A stretch of DNA of 63,990 bases, the filler included, from Catajapyx aquilonaris (Eukaryota): assembly GCA_000934665.2 (NCBI GenBank). It is 3 parts of 3 records of this genome, joined end to end, with 100 filler letters (N's around TTAATTAATTAA, not from the genome) between each part and the next. Parts side by side here need not be neighbours in the genome. Positions count along the whole stretch, not along the records: positions 1 to 21,313 come from JYFJ02006085.1; positions 21,414 to 42,712 come from JYFJ02006086.1; 1 more part is not named here. One strand, 5' to 3'. Positions 12,401 to 23,623 of the stretch are shown here, one piece after another; position 1 is the first letter of the stretch; every line of letters starts with the position of its first letter. The notes beneath the pieces were generated by a model, which saw only the letters and a program-made list of their open reading frames with translations, was not told the origin of the DNA and did not search any database. A program made the position numbers and the translations under genes.

Positions 12401-15400
12401 AAACTTTAGTGCGCCCAGTTCAAAAACCCGCAGATCATCATATGATGCACGTAGGCCTCTAAGGGTTTACCGTACTCTGATAGCAAAAGGCAGTGTGTAA
12501 AAAGAAGTTGACAGACTTGGCAGTTCAGCAAGTCCCAACAAAGTGTGGTAATGGGAAGTGTCATTTCCTCACCCTTATTTCATGTCTTGCGCTTTCATCT
12601 CGCCCTGATTGGTTCACTAGACTCTGGGCTGAACGGACAAGAACACGTGGTAGGAGCAGCTTCACCCAAGCCCACACTGTTCCGTGATTCAAGTCAAACT
12701 TCTTTGCAGTTGCCCTCATGTTGTGACGACATGGGGAATCACCAGACTCGTAGGCTTCCAGCACTTTTCTCTTGAAATCCAGGGAGTAATGAGGTGACGT
12801 GTGGATTCGCAGTTCCCCTGACTTTGGCTGCAGAAGAGGTGGGAAACAAATATCTTGAACATAATATATTGTCAATCCAATCTTGTTTTCTTTCTCGAAA
12901 GTACTCAAAACAAACTGCCCAAAATGTATGTACACAGGGGCGGATCCAGGGGGGGGGGGGNCCAAACCGTGGAAAGTGAAATATTTTCTAAATTTTAATC
13001 TGCAAATTAGGCTGATTTTTTGGAAAAAGTGCTACCAATTTCATCAAATACTGTACAGACCCATTCAAATCTCCTACATTCACCTAAGCTCGTGTGACCT
13101 TGAACACCTCAAAAATTTTCGCCTGCGGCGCTCTTGCTCCCCGCCCTTTACAACTTATGCCCCCGCCCCGCCTCGCAAACGCCACCAAGTCCGCGGTATG
13201 GTACAGAACGGTCCGACAGGACCATGACGGCATGACCCCCCCCAAAATCGAAAGTCTGGATCCGCCCCTGTATGTACAGATTCCAAATGATCATGAGTCC
13301 ATCATTCTCATTGCTTAATACGCGAAGTATAAGTTGGTTCCAGCAACATAGCAGCGTCAAGTGAATCGGCATAAGCCGAGACAAAATTATCATGCAAGTC
13401 AATGAGGTGGGTTCCAATATTTCCAAACTTTTCCCATAGTTAGTACGAATATTGCTGTTTTCAATGCTGAATATTTTAAACATTTTTTTGCACACCTTTA
13501 ATGGGAGGTTCCAGGTTGAGAGACAGCGGGTTCTGAGAGTTCCTTTCCTCTCTTTAGCAAGAACTGCAGTACATGTAGGGTATTTAACAATGGTTAGAGT
13601 ACTTCGGAGAGTGCAGAGACCAACAATACAGCACTGAATATTATATTGATAGAGCGGGCCACACGGCACCACGAGAAACTAAAGGAGAACCTTGATAGTC
13701 GTGTGTTTGGTCTCAGCAGCATTGCAATGACGTATGTTTAGATTGTGTTATCTTCAAATTTTCAAACACTTTCCCATTAAAACATTTTCAAAGGTAATTT
13801 TAAGAGTGGCATTAATGTGAAATGGCGTCAAATGAAGCAGCATAAAACGGACACTTCCTGTAATCTGATGAGGTTTACCTTTTTCCTATTCCCTAACATG
13901 TGATCAGCATCTTCCTTTCGTCTGCAGGCAAGGAGGTGAGGTCGCATGGCTTTCACCCAATACCTCACAGCACCTGGGCTTATTCCAAACTTCTTTGCAG
14001 TTGCATCATAATTGTGATGACATTTGGAATTGCCAAATTCGTAAACATCAAGCACCTTGTTCTTGAAATCCAGTGAGTAGCGTGAGTAGGTTGTCTTGTT
14101 CCCAGAGATTCGCTGCCATAGAAAAAAGAAATCCTTTGAATTATCTGAAATTTTCCAGAAAATACCCAATAATAATAATTAATAATAATAAATGAAAAAA
14201 ACAGCACTCAGCCAGCAATAAAATTAGCAAAAGATTCATTAGGGGCCAGAAAGCCAGGAGTTCCTGTACATCCCCTTGTGAACAAGTGGAAGGTCAAATC
14301 TTTGCTTTTGATTATCACGAAACTGTGTGTTTTTTTGGGGGGACTTTGTGCGTTCCTCTTGCATGCCCACTATGCATTCAATTCATACCCAGAATTGCAA
14401 TAAGGGAGGGACTCATGTTGCTAAGAAAGGCAACAAGTAAACCATGTTTGGTGACATGAGAAGTGCTGCACCGAGCTTCCATTAACCCAATAATTCATGC
14501 CACATATGCTGCATATTACATCATTTTCCAGGAATATTTAAGAGCAAACGATGCAGATTCTTGCGTAACATGCACCAGCAAATTTTGACATGTTGAAAGG
14601 GGAATGGCTATTCAATCTAGAACTGGTGTAGTTTTCCTACTTACAAACATTTTTCCAGGCTGCCCTGTACGTACAGGAATTACGACCATCGGTTTTCGCC
14701 CCTTGCCCTTGGAACTGGATGATTCGAAGTAATCAGAAAGGTCCTCGCTGCCTCCCTGACTTCTCAACTTCATCTTAATTCGACCAACCAGTTTTGATCT
14801 CCTTGCTCTCGTTGGCACCTCCACCTAAACATGCAGGGAATTTACTTGAATTTGTAATCACACGTCATCCTCGTTGTTGTGTGTTCTTACCTTTTGCGAC
14901 CTTGGTTTTGAAACATCCTGAGATGGTGTTGAATTTGTTGTGCTGCAGTCATCCTCTTGGACTTCCACCTGAAAAAGGAATAGTTTTAAAATTTGTGTAT
15001 TGCTACAGTGCTGGACAAATTAGCCGTCGCTGAATGTTTTTTTCCAGCCGTGGCGGCGGCGGCGTTACCTGGCAACCCTGTCCGACGGACCAATTCAAAC
15101 ATCAGCCCATGGAGAGCGCTTCCATTGTTGCCACTGTTTACAAATCGAATGAGTGAGTGCGCAGACAGAAGAGATCCGTCGCTGGGTCATCCGCGTCACT
15201 CCCTCGATTTGTAAACAGTTGGGCAACAATGGAAGGGCTCTCCATGGGCTGATGTTTGAATTGGCCCGCCGGACGGAGTTGCCAGGTAACGCCGCCGCCT
15301 CCGGAAAAAAACATTCGGCGACGGCTAATATGTCCAGCACTGTACAAACACTCAATTCCACCTTTATCTTCCGGCCGGCTCTCTCCCCGGGAACGGTGAG

Positions 15401-15895
15401 TTCGGAGGCAGGTTTCCCACCAGCCGGGATTTCACCCCTGCCATCCAAGTCGGAGGCACTGCCACACGCCTCTTCCTGGAAACCAGACAACAACGATGTA
15501 CGACCTTTTCAACCACTTTACTTCCTCCAGAAAATACTGTCAGCGTAAAACCTTTCAATTTTTTTAATGCATTTGCTCATCATTCCAGCTGGATGGAAGT
15601 GCTCATTCACGACCTGCAGAACATACTATTGTTGTCCTGTTAAATGCGATTAAACCTGTAGTACCTGCTTTACCCCATTGTTTCTCTCCGTCCCAGTCAT
15701 TGTTGCGGCGAACACCTCGTCGGCCGGCTCCTCTTTTGGCTCCACCTTGACAGGGTCTGAAGGGCCGTGGATGAACTGGTGTGCCCTCAGCTGAAGCCTC
15801 GTTCTGAACACCGCATCGACGCAGTACACGCACCTGAACTGCCCTTGTTCGGTGGCCATGCGGCTTGGTCCATGCTGCGGCTGGTGGAGGCTCAT
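9277..15895 (-). CDS. Gene B: paralog of gene A; C2H2 + 6 Brinker-type domains + internally deleted 7th repeat + GATA finger (15 coding exons, ~889 aa)
   Basis: Exons: 15665-15895, 15362-15475, 14891-14968, 14684-14824, Brk 13879-14112, Brk 12573-12827, spacer 11842-11964, Brk 11514-11771, spacer 11178-11285, Brk 10858-11112, spacer 10638-10760, Brk 10300-10569, Brk 9921-10160, deleted repeat 9578-9661, GATA 9277-9432 (TAG). All lengths are multiples of 3, all have AG/GT ends, and no internal stops were found. Confidence 0.82.
12067..12465. mobile_element. piggyBac-like insertion in a gene B intron
   Basis: TTAA|CCCTT...AAGGG|TTTA ends; absent from the homologous gene A intron near 3520. Confidence 0.5.
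12935..13270. mobile_element. hAT-type MITE
   Basis: TIR CAGGGGCGGATCCAG / CTGGATCCGCCCCTG with 8-bp TSD TATGTACA. Confidence 0.85.
15006..15342. mobile_element. Palindromic Tc1/mariner-type MITE (family P)
   Basis: TA|CAGTGCTGGACA...TGTCCAGCACTG|TA. Almost the whole element is an inverted repeat; a near-identical copy is at 41868-42193. Confidence 0.85.
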
Positions 15896-16053
15896 CTTTT
15901 CAGCAGGAAGAAAGTGAAGGCATGCAGAACAATGAGGAGATGTGTCCCTCCTCGGGGTGAACAATGCGGGAAGGAAAATGCCGTTGGAAAGACGACAATG
16001 GAAAAAGAGGCAACAAAGAGACGACGACGTTCGACGACCGTTTGGAGAGATCG

Positions 16054-16061
16054 TATCGATA
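16054..16061. promoter_or_regulatory. DRE motif (TATCGATA) in the putative promoter of gene B
   Basis: Same position relative to the ATG exon as in gene A, within a CpG-rich stretch. Confidence 0.55.
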
Positions 16062-16199
16062 GCTCTACCACCAATCTCCCGAATCCCGATGCCGGCAAAG
16101 CGATACCGATAAGAGTGGGCATCGATACCTGGCGGAATATTCGAACTGGTTTGGCACTTCCTTCAAACCTGCTAAGGTAATGTAAAGAAATGAAATGCC

Positions 16200-16815
16200 A
16201 ATTAAACACAGTTTGTGGCTTCCAGAGCAAGCCTGATATTTACTGGCTGAGTGAGATCATTCCAGCACCCTCAGGAAGCAGTCTTTGTTCTCAACATGAT
16301 CCGTATTAAAAAGTGTATACAAAGGCACAAAAATGGCATTAACATTATACTGATACAAAAACAAGGCAGGAGGCTTTTCACTTCCTCCTTAACTCCATTG
16401 TGTAGCCACTGAACTGACAAGGTATATAGACATGTACAGTACTGGCGAGAAATTTCACAACTATGACTTCCATCTCATATCAAGGACACCATTTTCCTAC
16501 AGTCTTGATGCAATTAATCAGAACCTGCAAGTAACAATAAGGATCACTGCTTATTAAAACATGTTATTCACCAAAAGAGAAAATATCATTATCATTACCT
16601 TCTATGACTTATTGATGCCATTCTTCCTTTGGGTCAGAGGTCCGATTCGTACCATGTCGTTTGATGTACTAAACCATTGCACACTCTCTTGCCATTGTTC
16701 CTCCGCCACTTGGATGTGGTTGGATGTTTTTCAGTTGGAGCAGCGCAATTGATGTGCCTGAGACATTTTAAACTCCTTAGTATCATGTATTTAAATGTCA
16801 GATAACATCTGGATA
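16200..16815 (-). pseudogene. Relic 3' end of a third paralog (gene C) with a dead GATA exon at 16599-16757
   Basis: Homologous to 8857-9490 and 1000-1380. The exon reads AHQLRCSN* (second Cys codon changed to TGA), followed by a frameshift and loss of the fourth Cys. Homology stops near 16815 and no Brinker exons are found upstream. Confidence 0.8.
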
Positions 16816-19260
16816 ATAATAATAATCATTAGCCTATGTGTAAGTGTACTACTTGTATTATTATTAGTTTTGGGCGACCTCATTGCCCGAAGATGAGCTA
16901 ATGAGGTCATCACGTGCCAAATTGGCGGCCGAATATCGACTCGCATACGCACATTAGTGTGTCAGCAGGCTAGTTGTGGCAGCTATCTTGGCGAGGGATG
17001 GTGCCGTGGAGGGTGCTGTGGGTGCTGTGGGTCGTCACCGCTCCTGGCACCTCATCCCTTGGCGACGATGACTGGGTTTGGGAAGATGAAGGCAGGGACG
17101 CTGCTGCTGGGGAGGACCACTTGAGCTGGGGTTGCAAGGGCGGCGAGACGGGAAGCAGACAGTCCCTGCAGTTTCACGGGGTCTGCCTGTCCTCCGCCCC
17201 GGGGCCGCCCCCGGTCCTGCTCCCGCCCTTCATGTGCCGGACGCCTCATCACGCCAAAGGATACGTCAACGTCCATCGCGTCAGATGCGATCGATTGACA
17301 GGTAGAACAACTCGTGGCCAGACGCGCTCGAGACGCGCTCGAGATAATAATTTAGCACGCGCATCTATTGCAAGTGTGGCATCGATCCGGCTATACGAGT
17401 ACTTTGTATGTAAGACTGCTCATTGATTGTCGCGGTATGAATGATTGATGGTTGGGTGAACAACCTGGCCCACAACGACCCACATCGGGGATGGAAGGGA
17501 ATGAAAATTGTAAATATGATTGGCTATATAGGCAATACTCTGTTTGTCCACGGTGACTCATCACCATAGTGTTTGTAGTTCTGGTTTCGCCCTTCGAGTG
17601 GCAGTAGTGTGCAGGGACGATGCGCGCCAACGCGAACGGTACTAATCGTACTAATAAGTGGGTCGGGCCGGGCAGTGTTGCCAAGTTTTGTCAACGCTTT
17701 CACTCTCGCTATTACATACTTATTAAATAACAGTTCATGACCACGTCCCGAGCGCGTCTGGCTTTTACGTTAAGAGAGCTTATTATAGTTAAGTTCAACC
17801 TGCAAACGGAATTCAAGTTTGGCGAAGGAGTGACGTCACAAAAAACTATTATTATTTTCGTCAGACCCTGACGTTTGCGAATCGCGTCTGTTCCTTGGCG
17901 ACGAGAAGGGATTGGAAATAAAGGATTCATCAGGACGCATCTTGCCAGCTTCTGAAATGGATCCAGATCGAGATGGCACTCCCGGAACGTTCCCTCTCAG
18001 CGGAAAGGTATGACGCAACACTGCGAACATAGTTTGTCCGGGGTGAGTCATCACATCAACTCAGCCAGGCGCCCTGAGAGTGGGAGGAGTGCTACCTATG
18101 CGAGGGTGGTACACTACGTCGACCTGTCTGAGTTGAAGTGATGACTCACCCTGGACAAACAAACACGTTGGTATATATATCTTTGTTTCTGAACAGTTGA
18201 AAATCCGGTTGAGTCGTCCATGGCTGATCAGAGGGATCTACCTGGGTGACCTGTGGTTGCGCCACGGGCTGGGCGAGTGGTGGAGGGTGTCCGGCCCCGG
18301 GGCAAAGGTCAAGGTCAGACTGGAGGCAATCTTCCCCGGGCGGGACTTCAATGTGGAGCTTCCCGGGGCAGACTCGCATCTTCCCTTTGATCCGAGGAGG
18401 TCATGGTGGATCACGACCCGTCTGCCCTTCTCGAGGCCATTCGTGGCTGACCACCTGACCTTTGACCCCGCGCCCTGGAGGAGGATTGACCTCCTGGGCT
18501 GCCCCTGGGACTTCCAAAGGGAGTTTGACAACTCCAGGGCGCCTCCAACTCTGTTCCCTTCTCTTGGATGCCACCTGGTTCTCGCCCCTGGGCCGCCCCT
18601 GACCCGGCTCCTGAGGGTGCCCGAGCACTGGAAGCAGCCCGGGAACCGAATGTGGATAGAGCGGTCATGCGCTGGGCAATGCGCAGGTCACAACAACTTT
18701 GCCCTCTGGCAGGTATATGCTGCATAACTCTCAAAAATGGGGTGATCTTTCCTACGCGGCGAATGAGTCGGGGTGGGGGTGTGGGGCGTAGTTCAGAGAG
18801 CGCGTCCGAATTGGTTGACAGAATGAATGTGACGCCCGAGTGCATCTCGCCGTGACAGAACCACAATAACGTTCGTTGTCCCGCGGCGCCACAAAACGTT
18901 GCGGTTACATAATAACCTAGCTACAGCAAACGTCTCCGCAATGCACTAATAAAATCATCACACTAATAGTCGGACCCTGCCTGGCGGGGCCACTAACAAT
19001 ATGCCACCCATTTGGAAGCGCTACCTGAACTGCCCCTCTCCACCGCCATATTCCCGCCATTTCGTCGCGTAGTAAAGATCAGCCCTAGACCATCATATGC
19101 GCATGCGCTGTAGGTGTCCGAAAGCGAGTGGAGCTGCGGCTGCCTCGAGTGGTCCTCGACCTGGGGTCAGCTGCCCAGCGAAGGGTCGTGCCGGATCCCC
19201 TCCTGCGAGCACCTGTCTCTGGTCAGACGCAGTGACGCCATGTCCTCGTTCTATGATGTA

Positions 19261-19413
19261 AGTCGCTATTCCGCTACTTATGCGAATTACGCTAGTCGCT
19301 ATTCAGCTATTTATGCGAATAACTCTCGTCGCTATTCCGCTATTTATGCGAATAACGCTAGTCGCTATTCAGCTATTTATGCGAATACCGCTAGTCGCTA
19401 TTCAGCTATTTAT
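19261..19413. repeat. 30-bp minisatellite, about 5 copies
   Basis: Unit approximately gctagtcgctattcagctatttatgcgaat(aac), directly adjacent with no unique spacers. Confidence 0.85.
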
Positions 19414-20148
19414 GACGCGATAACCGACAGGAGATGGGTGGCGGCCATTCGACGGACAGTATGGTGCAACGGACCGTGGTGATGGAGCTGGGGACGCACT
19501 TCGGTCTGATGACGTCCAACTCATCCGAACAACCGTCCTGGACACCAAATCAACGCGCATGCGCAGTGCTAAGCGCAGGGAAATCCACGAACAACCAGAC
19601 CTGCGGGTACATGGGTTATGATATATAGGATGTAAAAGAACACGAGGAAACATTTCCAGTGTATTTCCAGTACCCTTCTGGAGGAGTACGCAATCGAAAA
19701 GCTGCGCAAGAGGATAGTGCGAATGCGCAACGGAGACGTTGTTGACGAGGAGGAGTGCGCATGGGCTGCTCGTACTGCCTGGGCCCGATGCTCGTATCGG
19801 GCTACGAAGTTCCACGAGCGCCATGAAGATGATGAGGACGACTGCCACAGGGTGTATGCCTACTCGCTCCTGGCCTGTCTGCGCATCGCCCGATCCGGAC
19901 ACGTCGTTCCTCTGCTGCCCCTGCCCCCGCCCTGCTCGCCCCCATCTCCGGACAGGCTCTTTCCAGCCTCCGTATTCCGCTCCTGGACCGGATCCTGTCC
20001 GTGGACCAATCTAACCATGCCATTTCACGGAAACCTGCACGACTACCCGCAGGCAAGTTATACTGCGCATCCATATCTAACTGTGGACGCTTTTGTTTCT
20101 CATACGTGGAGGCCATATTGATGACGTCACCCTGACGTCACTCTGTAG

Positions 20149-20581
20149 AATTTGCGCTCGCTGCGTGAAGACAATTACGTCACAGACGGTTGTTGTTCGC
20201 AGGCTGCTCCCGGGACGCGTTACCAATTCACTTGTCCGGACGACCGGGCGCGTCACGTGGACGTCTTCTGCCTGCCCAACATGACGTGGGACTTCGACTC
20301 GGCCCTCAAAGGCCCCTGTGTAGGAACAACAACGACAACGACAACAACTACGACCCCTGCTCCAACGACCACAACAATGCTTCCAACCACCACCACCGAG
20401 ACAACCACAATGGAGGAGACCACGACGACCACAACAATGGTTCCGACTACAACAGAAACTACCACCACCGAAACAACGACGACCGAAGCGACAACGACCA
20501 CAACAGAAATGCCCACCACTACAACAATGACCACCACCGAAATGCCCACCACGACAATAATGCCTTTCCAGTGCCCTACAG
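20149..20581 (+). CDS. Exon of a secreted or membrane protein: Cys-containing (Sushi/CCP-like) module + Thr-rich mucin stalk
   Basis: tag acceptor at 20148; YQFTCPDDRARHVDVFCLPNMTWDFDSALKGPC followed by a long poly-Thr/Glu/Pro tract with varied codons; gt donor after 20581. Confidence 0.5.
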
Positions 20582-21155
20582 GTAGTATAGGCCTAATCGA
20601 AATGTCTCTTTCAGTTGGCGATTTTCTGGGTCAGCTGCGCATGTCATTGTCGAAGTGTCTCTCTGTCTGGTTCGCTCATAACAATTGTCTCAATTTTTTT
20701 TGTCGCATATTATTAGCCCTCAAGTGATCTGTCAAACTTTATTTCAGACCTGTTGACGAAGAAAAGCTTCTGTTGTGAATGAGCATATTTTCACGTGCAT
20801 TTTATTGTAGCATTTCCAGGGCAACGGGTTGGATCCGGTGTGGAACATGGTCCGACTGAGAGTTGGTTAAATTCAAAATATGGGTCATCTCCGGGCCAAT
20901 AATATTGAGGCTGGTAGGCGGAGGAGGAGAGGGCAGGGGAAAGAGGAAGTGACGCAGAATAAGGCACCGGAAAAGGAACTGCTGGTGACCAATGACCATC
21001 AGGCAGACAGTGGAGAGATTATTGACTTCAGTGCATCGGACATGTCCAGCATCTCCGGAAGGTCAGTGATAAACCATCAGCAGTGGGACTTATTCATAAC
21101 GATATTTTATTTACATTACTACATCGAATAGTCCTACGTATCAAGCAGATACGAG

Positions 21156-21187
<32 letters not shown>

Positions 21188-21313
21188 AAGTCAAATGATG
21201 TTCTGCGCAGGTTGCGTGAACTGGCTGAGCCGAGGAGGTACTACACCACTACCCATCCGGATAATAACATAGGTATGAGCAAAAGGTAGCCTTTGTTTTG
21301 TCTCGAGATTGCA

Positions 21314-21413
21314 NNNNNNNNNNNNNNNNNNNNNNNNNNNNNNNNNNNNNNNNNNNNTTAATTAATTAANNNNNNNNNNNNNNNNNNNNNNNNNNNNNNN
21401 NNNNNNNNNNNNN
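21314..21413. other. Artificial contig linker
   Basis: 44 N + TTAATTAATTAA (stop codons in all six frames) + 44 N. Confidence 0.95.
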
Positions 21414-23579
21414 AACGAGTGAATTGGAAACTGCAAAGGTCCGGCCTGAATTTAAGTCTTAGTCTGTTATATTCCGTTAACTGGCTTAATCGTTAGATTT
21501 AACTTGAGTGCGATCAAAGTTGGTTAGAAGAATTCCATTCCATTTTTTGACTTGAGACAAGGCCACATACGCTTGACCACAACAAAAAAGTGACGAGCTA
21601 ATGCCCATATTGTCTAAGCTCAAACCCTGGCTCGTGATGCCGTAAGCTATTGTTCAGGGGAACTGTTTCCTATGGATTAATGCGTTTGCCATAATTTGAA
21701 ATTTGCTATTGAATGGTTTTAACCAGCATTAACTCTTGACCAAATGGAAATTCAATTCTTACGGATTTAACTTTTTGTGGCTAATCGGGGTGGTATGTAA
21801 CACTGAGTACAGACCCAACTGCACCGTTAACCAAGGGAACTGGAACAGAGAGTGAGAGAAAGACAAGTGTAGCCTCTATAGAATTCTCTTTGAAGAAATG
21901 TCAATACATTGGTACTATGGAGACCATATATCATGTATTGGCATTGTTGAATTTTTTTTTGATTTTTTTTCGTGTTTGAATGGCTGCAGGGTAATTCCAT
22001 GACAAATCATGCAAAATAAATTCAAAATGCAACCCTCATGTTCGCTATGTCCATGATATTTGGATTGTGATATTGGAATGGGATATGAATAAGATATCAG
22101 GTGGAAAAAATGACGCATGTGTCACAGATTCAGAGCAGCCACGTGACCTGGAATGTGTGAAATAGCGCGGTACCCCTACATAAATCAATTGCTGTACAAG
22201 TTAACTATAATTTTTAAGGAATTCTTTTGGCCTTCTTGTATACTTAACCGCGAAGGGTGTCTAATACATGCCAGATAATATTTTTATCTCAAAAATGGCT
22301 ATACTGTTTTGAGGTCAAAATCTTTGACCTTTGACCTGAGGTGTGTGGACATCCATAGAAAAATTCTGAAAAAATAACACATATACCTCTACCCATTTCA
22401 TATCTGACTGCCAAGATTCCACGATGTAGTAAATTTTGTTTTCCCGGGAAAAAATCCGATGTGAACACGTACACGGCCGCTCAGCTGGTAGGAGTTGGGT
22501 TATGAGGGGATTTTCCACTCCCTGTTCCCGCGCTTGGTGACTGGTATGAACTATTCGTATTCGCCGAGATTGTGCGAAGGTAAGTAGCATATGGAAAATG
22601 GAGATGAACAATTATTCCAGTCCACATACCAGGAAGAGCATTCAGATTACCAGGTAAGGTGCCCTATAGAGTCAGGTCGACCTACGCCTAGGCCGTCCTG
22701 TTTTTTGTGTGGGGGGCAAGGGTTAGCATTTGCCCTAACAATGTGAACTTGTCACAGAAGTAAATTAGCTTCATTTACTTTTTCCTCCAAAACTAAAACT
22801 TTAAAAGAAATTTAATCCTGTCGAAAACTGTCATGCCTCATTAACGCGGACCTAATCGAGGAGAAAGAATATGGGGGGTAACTGGAGCCACGCCAGCGAC
22901 TGGCCATGGCTTCTAAGGTTTTGAGATGTGACAGGGGTTCTTCTGATAATATATTAGGAATGGGTTTTCCGGATGAATGCCATTTGGGGAAGCTGTGAAG
23001 GGGAGGACGAGGGAGGAATAAGGCAGTAACGTACAATTTATGGACCTTGTTAATTGGCGGTCAAAAAAATCTGTGAAGACTTCGCACCTAGCAGTGACAA
23101 TGATAAATTACAAACAGTTTCGCTGGAAAAAAGGAAAAGGACTTTTCCTAGCTGACTCTACGTCAGTTGTGGTGCGAACTCCAGGACTCTTGGATGTCTG
23201 TTCTGCTCTAGGTTCTGCCGTATTCGGTATTGGAGATTTTACATGGCAAGCGAATGAAGGCAAGTACTGAATTGGTTAACCATGGCCACACTTTTCAAAT
23301 AAAATCATATTGAATCTATGGAATATTTTCTATTAGACATAATCATGGCCTGGGATACCAATAAACCCTGATCGAGGAAGCCAGAAGAGACATTATATTG
23401 ACAATGAAGAACTGTAGCTTCAGAGACGTCAGTGGCAGGTGTCACCAAGTGGTGCACACAAGTAAGAAAGGATTGCGTTTGCCGAGTGAGAAAGACAAAA
23501 ATAAACTTTCTCTTAGAACCGGAATCCCATTGTCCGTAAAGGGTCACCAATTTAGTGACCCTTTACGGATGCTCGTGTT

Positions 23580-23623
23580 GGCCCTGAAAAGGGCCGTTTG
23601 TTATGTTGGTCCTGAAAAGGACC
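23580..23623 (-). promoter_or_regulatory. Two tandem histone-mRNA-type 3' stem-loops
   Basis: Minus strand reads aaccGGTCCTTTTCAGGACCaaca (23623-23608) and aaacGGCCCTTTTCAGGGCCaaca (23595-23580). Both are 6-bp stem/4-nt loop matches to the GGYYYTTTTCARRRCC consensus, with A/C-rich flanks. Confidence 0.75.

Noticed and set aside
2073..14169. Brinker-like HTH ORFs as separate small genes or as transposase N-termini
   Set aside because: Each is bounded by AG/GT in phase 0 and chains into long frames; no DDE domain or TIRs accompany them.
15095..15548. Recurrent ORF peptide ANSNISPWRALPLLP (also at 41870, 41991, 51325)
   Set aside because: An artefact of the palindromic MITE read on both strands.
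16974..18866. GC-rich overlapping ORFs as genes
   Set aside because: Multiple frames are open because of high GC content; I could not recognise a domain or choose a frame.
19261..19413. CRISPR-like array
   Set aside because: The repeats are contiguous with no unique spacers, the context is eukaryotic and there are no cas genes.
21358..21369. TTAATTAATTAA as a biological motif
   Set aside because: It is centred in fixed-length N runs twice, so it is an assembly linker.
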